Of a stretch of DNA of 64,000 nucleotides, positions 24,501-37,100 are shown one piece after another. Each line of letters begins with the position of its first letter. The first letter of the stretch is position 1. Source of the stretch: Selaginella moellendorffii (lineage: Eukaryota; Plantae; Lycopodiophyta). The notes under the pieces are model-generated. The model searched no databases and had not been told where the DNA came from. It saw only the letters and a list, made by a program, of their open reading frames with translations. Location of the stretch: the NCBI RefSeq assembly GCF_000143415.4, contig NW_003314443.1, forward strand, positions 1 through 64,000. The letters run 5' to 3'. The translations under genes were made by a program, and so were the position numbers.

Positions 24501-26760
24501 GATCAGGGTAGGCTTTGAGAATTTGTTGTTCTTCATAGTCGTCGAGGCCATCTTCGAGATTATATTCTTCCAAGTCAATAGGTTGGTTGTGGCTGGACAG
24601 CGATTTGGTCGCTTTTGTCGACACGGTTGTCGGTCCATCCGGTCCTTGAAGGATAAGATTGTCATTGGCCAATCTTAATAAACTTGGGCAATTCGGAGCC
24701 AAGGTCGACCGAGGAGAATTGAGTATCCGTCGGTCTACTCCGGTAGTTTGAGGACGACATAGTTGACTGGTATTTCGACGCCTTGAATGGTGGTGTTGAC
24801 TTTTCGGATGATGCCTTTGGGTTGAACAAATTGGTGATCGGCCATTCGGACATTGAAAGGTGCTGGGTGAACTAGGCCGATGTTGAGTTGTTGAACAAGA
24901 CTTTCTTCAATAATATTAACGCTGGAGCCTCCGTCAATTGTGGCTCCTCGAACAAGATGTTTGTCGAGTCGTAGGTCGATTGTCGGAACATCATTGTCAC
25001 AATCGCCTGGTTGAATCTCAATACGAAATGTGTCAACAGCTGTCTGTGTCGAGTTGAGTGTGGGCGAGTCTATCAAAGTGTTGGTCAATGCAGATGTTAG
25101 ATCGGTGAGCTGTTTGGTGAGGTAGGGTGCAATCTTCAGCAGTTGGCCGATGTTGATCTGAATATTTTGGTTGAGGATAGTCTCTGCTACTGCTTGGATT
25201 TTGTCAAAGTTTGCCGAATTGTGTTTTGGTGTCGGTATCGATGTTGGACGATTTGTCTGTCCGTTTTCTGGTATTGAGTGTTGGCATTGTTGTCGAGCTG
25301 GTGATGGTTGAGCTTCATTGTCGGAGTCTAAAATCACTAATTCGGGTTGTTGTAGAGCGAGTTGCCATTGTATCTTGGCAGCTAACTTCTGCTTCTTTTT
25401 CCATTCCCGGAGTTTTGTCAGGCTCTTAGGGCCTTTCTCTTCACTATCTCCGGAATCTCTGTCCGGTTGTTGTTGTTTTTCTGCTCGAATTTGTGCTTGG
25501 GTTTGTACTACCATGACTTGAGGATCTGAGTTGTCATTGTCAGCATAAGGTAGTTCGTCAGTCTCGACCATCCTTGTTGTTGGTGGTTGCTGCTGGTTCT
25601 GATCTTGTTGTCGAGGAGGTGGTGGACCAAGTCTCGGCGGACCGCCTTGGTGTTGAAGTTGAGGTTGCCATGGTTGGTTGTTGTAGTTGCCTTGGTAGGC
25701 CTGGTCTTGATAACCTTGGCCTTGGTATCTTCAGTTCTAGTATCTTGGGTATTGTTGGTATCCTTGGTTGTTGTTGTCTCGGTTTGCTGGGTAGTTCCGG
25801 TTCGGCGGGTGTTGTCGATTGTTGTAATAGTTGTTGTAGTCGTTGTAGTTGTTGTAGCGAGGTTGATCATTCCATTGTCGACTCTAGTGTTGGAAGTTGT
25901 TTCTCGGTGGTCTCCAGTTTGTCGGAGGTGGTGGCTGGTAATTGTTGAAGTATTGATTTGGATATGGTTGTCGAAACTGCTGTCGGGGATAGTTCGAGAC
26001 TTGTCAAACTTCTGGAGAATTTCAAAATCTGCAAGTCTTGGCGTCATGACCTTCTTTGGTACAGATCTGGCATTTGGAGATTTGGAGCTTGCAGTCACTT
26101 GCCAGATGTCCTTCGTTCTTGCACTTAGTACACCAAATTCCAGATTGAAATTCTTTGATGCCAGCCTTGGCTTTTCCCTTGAGCTTGTCGATTGTTTTCC
26201 TGAGTTTCCAAAGTTTTGACTTGGTGCTCTCTTCGAGTTCATCGTCAGAGTCGTCATCAGAACTGCTATCAGAATCTGAGTTATCTGTGTCATCTACTTG
26301 TGCTGTCATTTGTCGAGCTTGAACATCTTGAAGGGCTCTTGCAAGTTCGAGATAAGTGGCAACGTTGATGTGTGTTGCCACTTCTCGGAGGGATCGTCAG
26401 AGTCCTTGCATGTACCATTGGTAAAGTAATGTTTCGGTGGCACTGTTGCCGCATTTGCTAGCATGTCGAGTGAAGGTTTGAGTGTAGTCGTCAATGGATT
26501 GACCAGACTTCTACTTGAGTTTTTTGATCTTGTGAAGTCGTTGGCTTTGAGTGAGGGAAGACTTGAATCGGTCTACAAGCTTGAGTGCGAGGTCGTCAAA
26601 ACTTGTATTTTGAGGAAGCGTTTGAGCCCATTCGTTGGCTCTCTTTCGAAGGGTACATCAGAAATAGTATGGAAGTTTAGTCATCTGGCTGTTGATTTGG
26701 ATTGCTTCTCGGAACTGTTCAACATGTTTCTCGGCGTCTTCTGACTTCAGACCATGAAAT
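21530..26760 (-). pseudogene. gag-pol of gypsy copy 1 (disrupted)
   Basis: CTKCKNEGHLASDC knuckle; ATIDGGSSVNII protease; SFLDGFSGYNQI, MPFGLCNAP and VFMDNF RT motifs; integrase HHCC, WGLDFI, VTDKGTHF, PQGNGQAE and WQGPF. Confidence 0.92.
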
Positions 26761-28503
26761 AGTGGATAGGAGACGTGTCTTCCGACATGTATGTTGGCGA
26801 CGGCGGTAGTGACTGCATTTGCTGTTGGTAGTAATGTCGGTATTGTCGAGGTTGTTTTGTCAAGTTGTCACTGTGGAGTCCTAAGGTGATTTGTAGCAAG
26901 GGGTTGTCGGGGTCAACAGCAAAGTTGGTGTAAGAGGAAGGTGGTGGTGAAATGTTGTTGTTATTTAGTGGACTCTTCTCTGTTTTTTCTTCTATGTTGG
27001 GATTGTTTTCTGGTGTGTCATCGACGTCGTCGTCGGTGTCGGGTTGCTTGCCGGTGTTGATTTTAGGAAGATGGTGTTTGAACTTGTTGTCGACATATTT
27101 GTCGGAGTTATGTTGTTTTGGTTGTGGTTGTTCTTCTAAATTGTCAAAGAGTTCTTCGAATGTATAGTTGTGTGGTGATTGTGGTTGTTGTGGAAGATTG
27201 TTGTCATCGACGATTGGTTCATCGATCTCGTTGTTTTTGGATGATTGTAGCTGTTCGGCAGTTCGGTGTGAGGTGTTGACGTCGAGTGCTTGACTATTGG
27301 ATGATTCGGGTTGTTCGTCTTTACTGCTGTTGACTGGGTATATCGGAGTGTGACTGTAATTGATGAAGTCGAGTTGTTGTCTTGTTGGCGCGTTGAAGTC
27401 GAAAGCGTGTTTGAAAGGTCTTGCTGATAGCGGGCTTCGGTAGATGTTGGAAGCAAATGTGGGATATATTGGTGTTGTGAAGATCGGCCGGTATGGCAAA
27501 AATGGTGCTGGTCTGGTGAAGTCTGTGAAGCTGGACAGGAAACTTGGTCGTTCGTCGTCACTGTAGATGGGGTTGGTGAATGTACCTTTGAAGTGGTTGT
27601 ATGCTGCTTGAAAAATGTTTTGTTGCTCAGGCGTAGTCTGTGTTGACTGCTCGAATGTTCGATCGGGCTCGGGCACTTTGGTGGGTGTCGTCGAGGGTGT
27701 TGATTCAGGCTCGGGCACTTCAGTGGGTGCTGTCGAGGGTGCTGCCGGTGGTGTGTCCGGTGGTGTTGTGTAGTCGTCGTATTCTTTGTGAATGTCCGAT
27801 ACTGATTCGTCAGAGTTAGCTCGCGGTAATAATTCGTGTCGGATGTAATTCTCTCTCTTGGAGGGTCTAACAACTTGATTCAACTTCTCTTGGTCTTTCT
27901 TTCTCTTTGTTTCTAAATTCTTCAAATCTCTATCTAAACGTCGGATAAGACGTTGTCGGTCTTCTTTCGACTTGCTGGATGTTCTTCGTGGTTTTGGATA
28001 CATGCATTCTTCTATTGGTTGTCAGTGTCAGATTTGTGTCTGCAGTCAATCATGCAGTTCGGGCAGAACTTTGGGAAGACTGTCGGCGGGCCAATTGTCG
28101 ATAAAGTCGTTGTGAGCTTGTTCTTTCTTTTCAGTGAAAATATTGACGGTGGTGCGTGTTGGGTTGGGTTGTGTTCAGCCGAGTTGTGTTGGGTTGAGTG
28201 TGCTGGTGCAGTATGCAAACTGGTCTTCCACTTGCTGGTGCCGAGATGGAGTTCGATGAAGAGTTTCGGATATTCGGGTTTGTCTGGAATGATTTCTTCG
28301 ATAATGTCGTCAAGTTGTTCGAGTCCGGATTGGGCAATGGCGTGACTGGCGAGAGTTGTTGCAGCGAATGTGTTGATTTCGAACCGAGTTCGGACTGTTG
28401 TTTCAGTGCTGAGCTGCTGACTATGTCGGAGGGGTTGTTGAAAAATCGGTGGTGCGTTGTGAAGTTGTCCCTCGACAAGTTGTCCAATACCAGGTAACAG
28501 AGT

Positions 28504-28738
28504 GATGGGTTCATCGTTGGTGTAGGTTTTGAGGACGTGCTTCGGTATTTGGAGTGGGCGCAGGAATTGGAATTGTGTTGGAATGCTAGGATTGCTAGGT
28601 CGACGACTGCACGGAAGATGGGTTCATCGTTGGTGTAGGTTTTGAGGACGTGCTTCGGTATTTGGAGTGGGTGCAGGAATTGGAATTGTGTTGGAATGCT
28701 AGGATTGCTAGGTCGACGACTGCACGGAAGATGGGTTC
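28504..28738. repeat. 113-bp tandem duplication in the gypsy 5' region
   Basis: gatgggttc...gcacggaa starts at 28504 and 28617, with a partial third start at 28730. Confidence 0.9.
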
Positions 28739-29198
28739 GTTTTGGCAGTGGTGTTGGTTTGTGTCGAGTGCACTAGTTGAGGTGTCGAGCTTGGAGTGGG
28801 TGGTCTTGTGCTCGGAGATGGAGTTCGCCAATGAAGTTGCTGAGGGCGTTCGCTGATGAAGGTGGTAGATTGGAGTTTCTTGTCAAAGAGGGTCGTTGGT
28901 GTTCTCCGTCGGTGATTGGACTTGGAGATCTTGAGAGAGAGCTTTCAGATTCTTCAAAGATCTCCTCTGGAAAGTGTTTGTCTTTACTGCGTTGGGCAGC
29001 AACTGCTTGGATGCCGTTGATCCATGGTGGTAGTGGCATTTGCTTGTTGAATTGGGGCGAATGTACAAATTAGGTCGTAATTTGGGCGAATTTGGGCGAG
29101 ATGGGTAGATTTCTAGATCGTTCTTGCGCACAGAGAATGGAGAAAAAATGGAAGAATTTGTGAACCTGAAGGGGAATTCAGAAGCTGTGGTCACCAAA

Positions 29199-29494
29199 TG
29201 AAGAGGTGTGAAAACTCCTCTTCGCTGGAAATCTATTGTTAGTAAAAAAAACAAAAGAGAAAAAGGCCCAATCTCCAAGGGCAGAGAAGAAGCACGAGTA
29301 AAAGAATGTTGTGTATTGATAAGAAAAACGATGGAATGGAGATAGGGATCCACAATTTGGATTCCCCCCTTTGAAAGGCTAAAGGTTCTAACTGCTATCA
29401 TATACTATATGCTATTCATGATTTAATCTATGGCTTCAATGCAGCCTTGGGTTCAAAGTCGAAGTCCCCTGAACCTGGGTTTTTGGTTGATACA
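29199..29494 (-). repeat. 5' LTR of gypsy copy 1, followed by a tRNA-Arg-like PBS
   Basis: 296 bp TG..CA; on - it is followed by TT-TGGTGACCACAG. Confidence 0.93.
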
Positions 29495-30610
29495 ATTACA
29501 CAACGAGCCTGTTGTGCCGGACTTGGGATGAGCTGGTCTAGGAGCTCAACTGCATCTATTCTGACGCAATTGCTTCGCTCCCTGACACATCCCTTCCGGA
29601 CGCCAAGACGCGGCAAAATGCGGCCATCATCCAAGGCATCCAGCCGCCCAAGGACGAAAGGGAGCCGACTTGGATGTCGAAGCTGTCCGAGATTTGCAGA
29701 GGTAGGATCGACATGGACTTGCTTTTGTGCCACAAATTCATGCTCGCCTTTAGCTACCATCTGGACATGAACGATTCAAACGTCGTCTCCATCGACAAGG
29801 AGCAAGATTGCCAGGACCTCATCATGCAAGAAGAAGAAGAAGAGCTCTACATTGATCATCACCTCCCTCGAGCTCAAGCTGACGAGATTGTGTGCGAGAT
29901 CTCTCAAGTTTTGCCACAGTCGTACCAGTGGCTGGGTCTGGAGGAGATGGACAGCAAAGAGGAGGTTTTCCGCGTGATCAACTGGGACGTGGAGGTGAGG
30001 AGCTCCAATCTCAGCTAGGCAAACAAGATCTTGGATTGACGTGGTCGGTTGGCACTCACTCAGTACACTGTATGCCCAGTCCGGGCATCTTGAGATTTCC
30101 AGGAACAAGGAGTTCCGTGATCGTCTCCTGGAACGCGATAATCACTGCATATGTGGCGGCATCCCGCATCCGAGAGTGAGAGTCTATGTTTGATTGCGAC
30201 TCAGAGCGCCATGGAACTCGATTATAATGGCACTCGCGCACCAGGGGCAAATGAAATCGATCTTGCGCAAAAACGCCGGCCAAGGATCTCATGTCCTGGA
30301 CGAATCTACTGCCCAGAATGACAGGACGTTCCGTGGGTTCCCCTTCTAGCAGTGAATACCAGAGGGGGGATTTGGTCACCGCCAGAGAGATCTTAGACGT
30401 GGTGCATGGACGGTGATGACGACAGCCACCAAGGCGTCGTTGCCCTCACGAAGAACAGCTTCGGTCAAATCCCGGAGAAGAATCCAGTACTGTGGATCCT
30501 CGCATTTGCAAGAATGGGCGTTTTGACAAGGCCGTTCACGAGATCCTGCGCAAGACCATTGTCTGCTGGATAGCTCTCACGCAAGTTTCAACTTGAGCGC
30601 CGCCAGGAGC

Positions 30611-33035
30611 ATGTTTGAGAGCATGAAGATGCACACCTTGGTTTCCTGGACGACCAACTCTCAAAACGGGCACTATGATCGAGCAGTGGAAGTCTTCCAG
30701 CTTATGAATCTTGAGGGGGGCATGGTCTTCCAGAGGGGTTTGGTCTGCATGAAGGCATGGAGAATCATTTATGGAGTCCCTCGAACCACATTCTACAGAA
30801 TCAAAACTGAGTTCGAGGAACAAAGGGTTCAACAGGCAGTCTATGGGAACGACGGTATGCACAAAACCAGGGGTCATGTTGTATATGGAGAGGCAATCTT
30901 CAAGAGGTTTGTCGAGACATGTAGCGAGCAGCAACCACATAAAACCCGCCTCTTGGAAGATGGAACACGAGACACCCAACGAGTTCTCCCTTCCATGTAT
31001 ACCAAGGGGGCCATATTGGAAGATGTGAATCGGGAACTCCAGAGTAATGGCTACAGGAAGCTGAGCCAATCTAGATTTAGTAGATTGTGGAGCAACAGGT
31101 TCGGGGATGTGAGTATAGGAAAGTACTCCAGCTTTTCAAAGTGTGACGAGTGCACTGCTATCAAAATGGCTTTGTCGAAGAATTCTTGCAGTGCTCAAGA
31201 GCGAGAGACGTTGGTTAGAAGGCGGCTCGACCACAACATCGAGCAGAGAAGCTGCAGGACTGCATATTATCATAACAGGATTCTCTCCATGGAGAGACCT
31301 GACTCTTACCTCTGCATCATCCACGACAAAATGGACCAGAAAAAGACGTGCTTACCTCGACTCAATCCTGCCCCCAAGGCAATCTCTTCATCCATGCAAC
31401 TGCCTGTGTCTCTATTTGGCATAATCGCTCATGGGCATGGTGCCCAAAACTATGGGAACTTCTTTGTACCTCTATGGGGTGGTGGGGGTGCAAACATGAT
31501 GATTGTGTCCCTAGCAAAACACTTAAGGTCTCTGCAAAGTGCGCAGACTGAACTGAACGGCCAACCCTTGCATAAGGCCCTTGTCGATCGAACCCCATAC
31601 AGGGTTCAACTGGAGGAGGAGCAAAGGCTTGCAGTATTGCGTGGGGCCCCATGCCATCCCAGTGAATATGTTGGCCGTCAGATTGTAGGGTTATCACGTG
31701 AGGCCTCATGCCATTCCGACGAGGCTGGTCGCCCGGTGAATGCACAGCCTCATCCAAACGAAGCAGAATCTCAAGGAAGTTCTTGCGGCCGATGTGGCCT
31801 TCCACCCCATCTTCTGCTCCAAACAGACAATGCTGGCAGTGAGAACAAAAACATGTACGTCTTCGCGTACTTGGCAATGCTTGTTGCCAAAGGCATATTT
31901 GAAACGGTTACACTTGGCTTTCTCATGGTTGGGCACACTCATGAAGACGTCGATGCCATGTTCAGTCACTTGGCAGAGTCCCTCCGGCGATCCAATGTCC
32001 TCACCCTCCCACAACTCTACGATGAATTCCAAAATTGCATCAAAGGCACTGTTGAAGCTGCACTTCTGACAGAGGTTCCAGACTTTAAGGGGTTTGTAAG
32101 AGGCTACATCAGGGACGGATCCGAAATGCTGATTGGCCACTCCAAGTCTCTTCAGTTTCATTTCAGCATGTGTGACGGTGCTCCAGTGATGAGGTACAAG
32201 ATGAGAGAATGGGACACAGTGTGGCTGCCAGTGGACGGCATTGAACTCTTCAAGAGAGATCCCATAACTGGGGAACCTATGATTCCTCAGGGTTCCCCAC
32301 GGCCGATGCACCCGGATGGACTCAAAGACCAGGAAAGTATAGTGGCCGGGATTAGACAGCATATTGCCTTCTGGAAGAGGGGGTTGGTGTTTGGTGGAGA
32401 ATCCTATTTTCAGAGGTGCAAGCCTTTGCTCGAATACTGGGAGAAGATTATATCTGCTATCCAAAATGGGCCGGTTGTATATGAAGAATTGGAAGAGTCC
32501 TTTTGGCCAGAACCCAGAGCACCAGATAGTAGCGGAACAATGTCCTCTGGAAATGTAGTGACAGATAACGATGTTGAGGATCACTATTGTGGGCCGAGGA
32601 ACAAGAAGCCGGATTCAGCATTCAATCCAGTACAGGTCTGCAAAGGAATGGTTGTGCTTGTCAGACCCAGTAATAAAAAACAAATGATATGGGTGGGGCG
32701 CTGCATCACTGATGCAAAGGAGGACGCGGAAACTAACTCCTTCAATGTAACTGTGGAGTGGTTCAAGCCAAGTTCCGGATATACGAAGGATTGCCTAGAA
32801 AAGAGATGGGTGCTGAATCCAAGGGATCCCAGCATGAGCATATCGGTGGATAATGTTGTGCATGGTTGGATGCGGAAGCAGAGTGCCACCATCACCTTGC
32901 CAGACCATGCAAGAGATGCAGCAAGAGCATTCATAACCCGGGTTCAAGGTGAGATTCATTAATATTCCTTTACTAAGTTTCTAATGTATTTTATTTCAAG
33001 GTGAACAATCCGAATCTGAATCAGAGGAGGCCTGA
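30611..33035 (+). CDS. Sola1-type DDD transposase, N-terminally truncated and fused in frame to a PPR fragment
   Basis: FSKCDEC, CIIHDKMDQKK, LLLQTDNAGSENKN, FLMVGHTHEDVDAMFS; no internal stops; C-terminal beta-rich domain (MVVLVRP..IWVG..VTVEWF); probable last intron 32949-33000 and short acidic exon 33001-33035. Confidence 0.78.
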
Positions 33036-34169
33036 TATAGTGTGTGAGGTAAAACAAAGATGATGTGACATATGCATTTACCAATCACACGTGCATAAAT
33101 CTAATAATGTGGCGTGTGGCCCATATTAATGGCACATAAACCCATATTGTGGGCTTACGTGCTTTATGTACCATCATTCCCTTGCAGCGTGTGTGTTGGT
33201 TTCCTTTTATAACACAATGAACTCCATATTTTAGGGTGAAGAGCGTTCTCATGGCAAGCACAAAATCTGTAAGTGAGGCAGAAAAGGAGACGGAGAAGGA
33301 GATAGGTGAAGATGTAGAATATATAAGTCTTCCAAACTCCCCGTACTATACTCCAGGTAATCATTTTTCTGAACAAACGGCAACATTAACAACTATCGAG
33401 AACGCCCCAGTAACGTCAGAGACAACAATCCAAAGCAAAACAACTGACCCGGAGAAGGATGATAGTACCGCTGAGAGTACCAAAAAGGAGGTGTCCACTA
33501 GCGCTTAGGCTTATAATGGCGTGTGCCCTCATGCCATTTACTTGATCACCAAATACCTTTTTCCCTTTGCACTAGTATATCTTAATACCGGTCTGAGAAA
33601 TAGAATGGCATGTGCCCTCAGGCCTTTTACTAAATCACCTTTGAAAGAAATGCAAGCCTCTATGTCGTAAAAAAAAGGTACTAGAGAAATTCCTTAATAA
33701 TATGAATGTTATTTAGTTTCATGAAAATACACTAAGGGTGGTCAAATGAGTTAAATGACTTCTCCAGACTAACAATGCCTCTTGCTACACCTTCACAATT
33801 AGATTCGTTAGAAAAAGATAACATTGAATAATATCTAAATGTTCTCACCATTAAGTGATATGTCTGGCTAATAGGAATGACGTTCATCTTGGAAAGCTCA
33901 CCACACGCTCAATGAACAAACAAATAGTGTGTGCGTGCATGCCATCACTCTTCTTTAGCTTCAGATTCGGCTTGTTCACCTTGACAATGAGATTTATTAT
34001 ACAACCAGATGGACTCAGTCTGGACATAAAGTCACCGCGCTAGTCACCATGCCCCAGATATGTCTAGCCCCTGGACAAAAAACATATAATTTCACGTCAT
34101 TTTCAAATACTTGAAAATTTGTACCTAGTCCCATTTTACTGAATAAATCCGACTTTAACGAAATAGAGC
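30718..34169 (+). mobile_element. Right half of a Sola1-like TIR DNA transposon
   Basis: Transposase ORF, 22-bp palindromes, and terminus ACTTTAACGAAATAGAGC (34152-34169), the exact reverse complement of 58773-58790. Confidence 0.8.
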
Positions 34170-34171
34170 AT

Positions 34172-37100
34172 CAACGAGAATGACCACCGATTACATCAGC
34201 ACTGACAAATCCAGTCACTCGAGATACAAAACTCGAAGTGCCACCGGCATTCACAGTCGACAACCACAACAAAGTTGCCTACATTCCGTCAATTCCAGCC
34301 GACCAAAAACTCAAAAAAGTCAGCCTTGCCGACGACGGCAACGAACACTACATTGTACTCGCCACTGACATCTCGGCAAGTTTTCAAGACAAAAGCATCA
34401 ATCTTCTCCGAAAGAAGAAACACTTGTTTGCTTGGAGTTATCGAGACCTTAAGGGAGTTTTGCCAAAACTCAGCCTTCACACCATCACCCTTCTTCCAGA
34501 CTCAAAACCAAGACGACAAGCAGCCTACCGGATGAATCTGAATCTAATGGAACAAGTAAAGAAAGAACTTGACAAGCTTCTCCAAGTCGAGTACATCTAC
34601 CCAATTCAGAATCCGATATGGCTTTCACCACTGGTGGTTGTGCCGAAGAAAAATGGCAAACTTCGAATCTGCGCTCAACGACGCCACCGAAAAAGATGTC
34701 TTCCCGATACCATTTACCGACGAAGTTCTTGACGCAGTTGCTGGACACGAGATGTATTCCTTCCTCGATGGTTTCTCTGGCTACAACCAAATTCACATCG
34801 CCAAAGAAGATCAGCACAAGACAGCATTCATCAGTCCATGGGGAGCCTATGCTTATCGACGAATGCCTTTTGGACTCTGCAACACCCCATTCACCTTCCA
34901 AAGTCTTGTCACCAACACTTTCTGAGACTACCTCACTGACTTCATGAGAGTCTTCATGAACGACTTCAGCATTTTCAGCTCGGAAGATCAACATCTTGAA
35001 TGCCTAGAGAAATGCCTCAACAAGTGCGAGGAGAACAACATAGCACTCAACCCCGACAAATGCGCTTTCTTCATCAAATCTGGAGTACTTCTCGGCCACG
35101 TTGTCTGCAAAGATGGCATTCTCATTGACAAGGACAAAGTCGACGTCATCTCCAAACTTGAACCACCGAAGAACTAGAAAGAACTTCGGCGCTTCCTCGG
35201 CAAAGTCGGATATCACCGACGATTCATCCACAAGTACGCTCACATTGCCAAACCACTCACCGATGGACTAAAACAAGATGCCCAATGGACATGGACATCC
35301 GAACAGCAACAAGCATTCGACAATCTCCGACTCAAACTAACAACAGCACCGATCCTTGCCAAGCTTGACTGGACACAAGAGTGCCACATTCATGTCAACA
35401 CTTCCAACGTCGCCACTGGTGCAATTCTGAGCCAAACTCAACACGACAACCGAGATCAACCAATCTACTACGTCAACCGACTACTCAACCCAGCTGAACG
35501 AAATTACACCACCACCGAGAAAGAAGCTCTCGACATGATCTACTCACTTCAGAAGTTCCGACACTACATACTGTCAACCAAAGTCGTAATTTTCATCGAC
35601 CACAAGGCACTCCTTTACCTCATCAACAAACCGATATTATCTGGTCGAATATCAAGATGGTTCCTTTTACTACAAGAATACAACTTCGAGATCGTCCACA
35701 AACCCGGCAAAAATCATGAGCAAGCAGATTATCTCAGCTGGATCACCACCGGCGACAAACCCGAAAGACTTACCAATGACTTACCTGACTCAAACCTATT
35801 CCGAGTTTCAATACCAGCAACCTGGCTCGACGACGTCTTCAGTTACCTGAACTCAGCAAGAGTTCCAGATCAGTACACTACGTCCGACCAAAAGAAGACT
35901 TTTGTTGCTAAAACCCGACGATACTCAGTCATCGGAGGCACTCTCTACAAACTAGGAATTGACAACATTCTTCACCGATGCATCAAACCGCAAAGCACAA
36001 CTCAAATCATCAAGGAAGCTCACGATGGACCTTCCGGCGGACACTTCGCCGCTGACACCACAACTTGGAAGATTCTTCAAGCCGGCCTCTGGTGGCCGAC
36101 ACTCTGGCATGACACTGAAGAATTCTGCAAACGCTGCAACACATGTCAAAGACACCAATTACTGCCAAAAACTCAGACTCAACAACTCAACCCAACATTC
36201 CCAATGGCACCATTTCAAAAATGGGGACTCGACTTCATCAGACCCCAAGTCAGCACCCATCGACAAAATCAGTACATCATCGTCGCCACCGATTACACTA
36301 CCAAGTGGGCTGAAGCAATACCTCTCCGACATGCCACAGCGAAAGCAACAGCAACCTTCATCTACGAAAATATCATCACTCATTTCGGCACACCACTCGA
36401 ACTCGTCACCGACAGAGGCACCCACTTCATCAACCAAATAATCGAAAATCTCGCCACCGAGTTCAAAATCAGACACAAAACGTCGACATCATACTATCCT
36501 CAAGGCAACGGTCAAGCAGAAGCAACGAACAAAACACTGAAGACCATCCTCAAAAAAGTCATCAAAGATTCCGGCAAAGACTGGGATGACAAACTTCTTG
36601 ATGTACTTTGGGCCTATCGCACTGTGTATAAAGTCACCACTGACATGATGCCATTCAAACTCGCCTTCGGAACAGAAGCCATCACGCCAATTGAATTCAT
36701 CATCCCAAGCATGCAAGTCACCGTCAAGTATAATCTCGACACCCAACATGCAGTTTGAGAAAGGCTTCAGCAACTCGAACATCTCGACGAACTCCGCCTC
36801 AACGCCCTCTGGACACTTCATGCCATCCAAAAACAGAGAAAAGCTTGGCACAACCGACAAGCATCCTGGCATAACATTCCCAAATACAACGCCAACGATC
36901 ATGTTCTCTGGTACTGAGGACCCATCAGCAAACTACCATATCACGTCGACATATTCAGCATCAGCACCTCAGCAAATTTCAGACCCAAACCGACAAACAC
37001 CCCAAAACCAACAATCAACACTCACCCCAGCAGACAAACTTTAACTCAAATCAGTTCAACACAACTCAACTCAACTCAACACGAACTCATCCACCAACTT

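Larger units (their letters stand above)
18843..29494 (-). mobile_element. Full-length, degenerate non-chromovirus Ty3/gypsy LTR retrotransposon (Selgy/Athila-like)
   Basis: TG..CA LTRs at 18843-19136 and 29199-29494; 5-bp TSD ATTAC (18838-18842, 29495-29499); empty site at 13250; PBS TGGTGACCACAG; PPT AGAGGAGTAGAG; order gag (CCHC) - protease (IDGGS) - RT - RNase H - integrase, with stops and frameshifts; no chromodomain. Confidence 0.95.
18530..30717 (+). repeat. Chimeric repeat copy B (18530-18842 + 29495-30717), internally deleted and split by the gypsy insertion
   Basis: Begins like copy A at 9691; after the retroelement it continues as copy A 13250-14468. The ~3.2 kb between the two internal direct-repeat modules is absent. 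Confidence 0.85.

Noticed and set aside
20334-28856. Many antisense ORFs over the gypsy element
   Set aside because: Shadow ORFs produced by strong strand compositional bias.
33236-33508. Small acidic/Thr-rich ORF downstream of the transposase
   Set aside because: Low complexity and no recognisable motif; it may be an exon of the element but cannot be supported.
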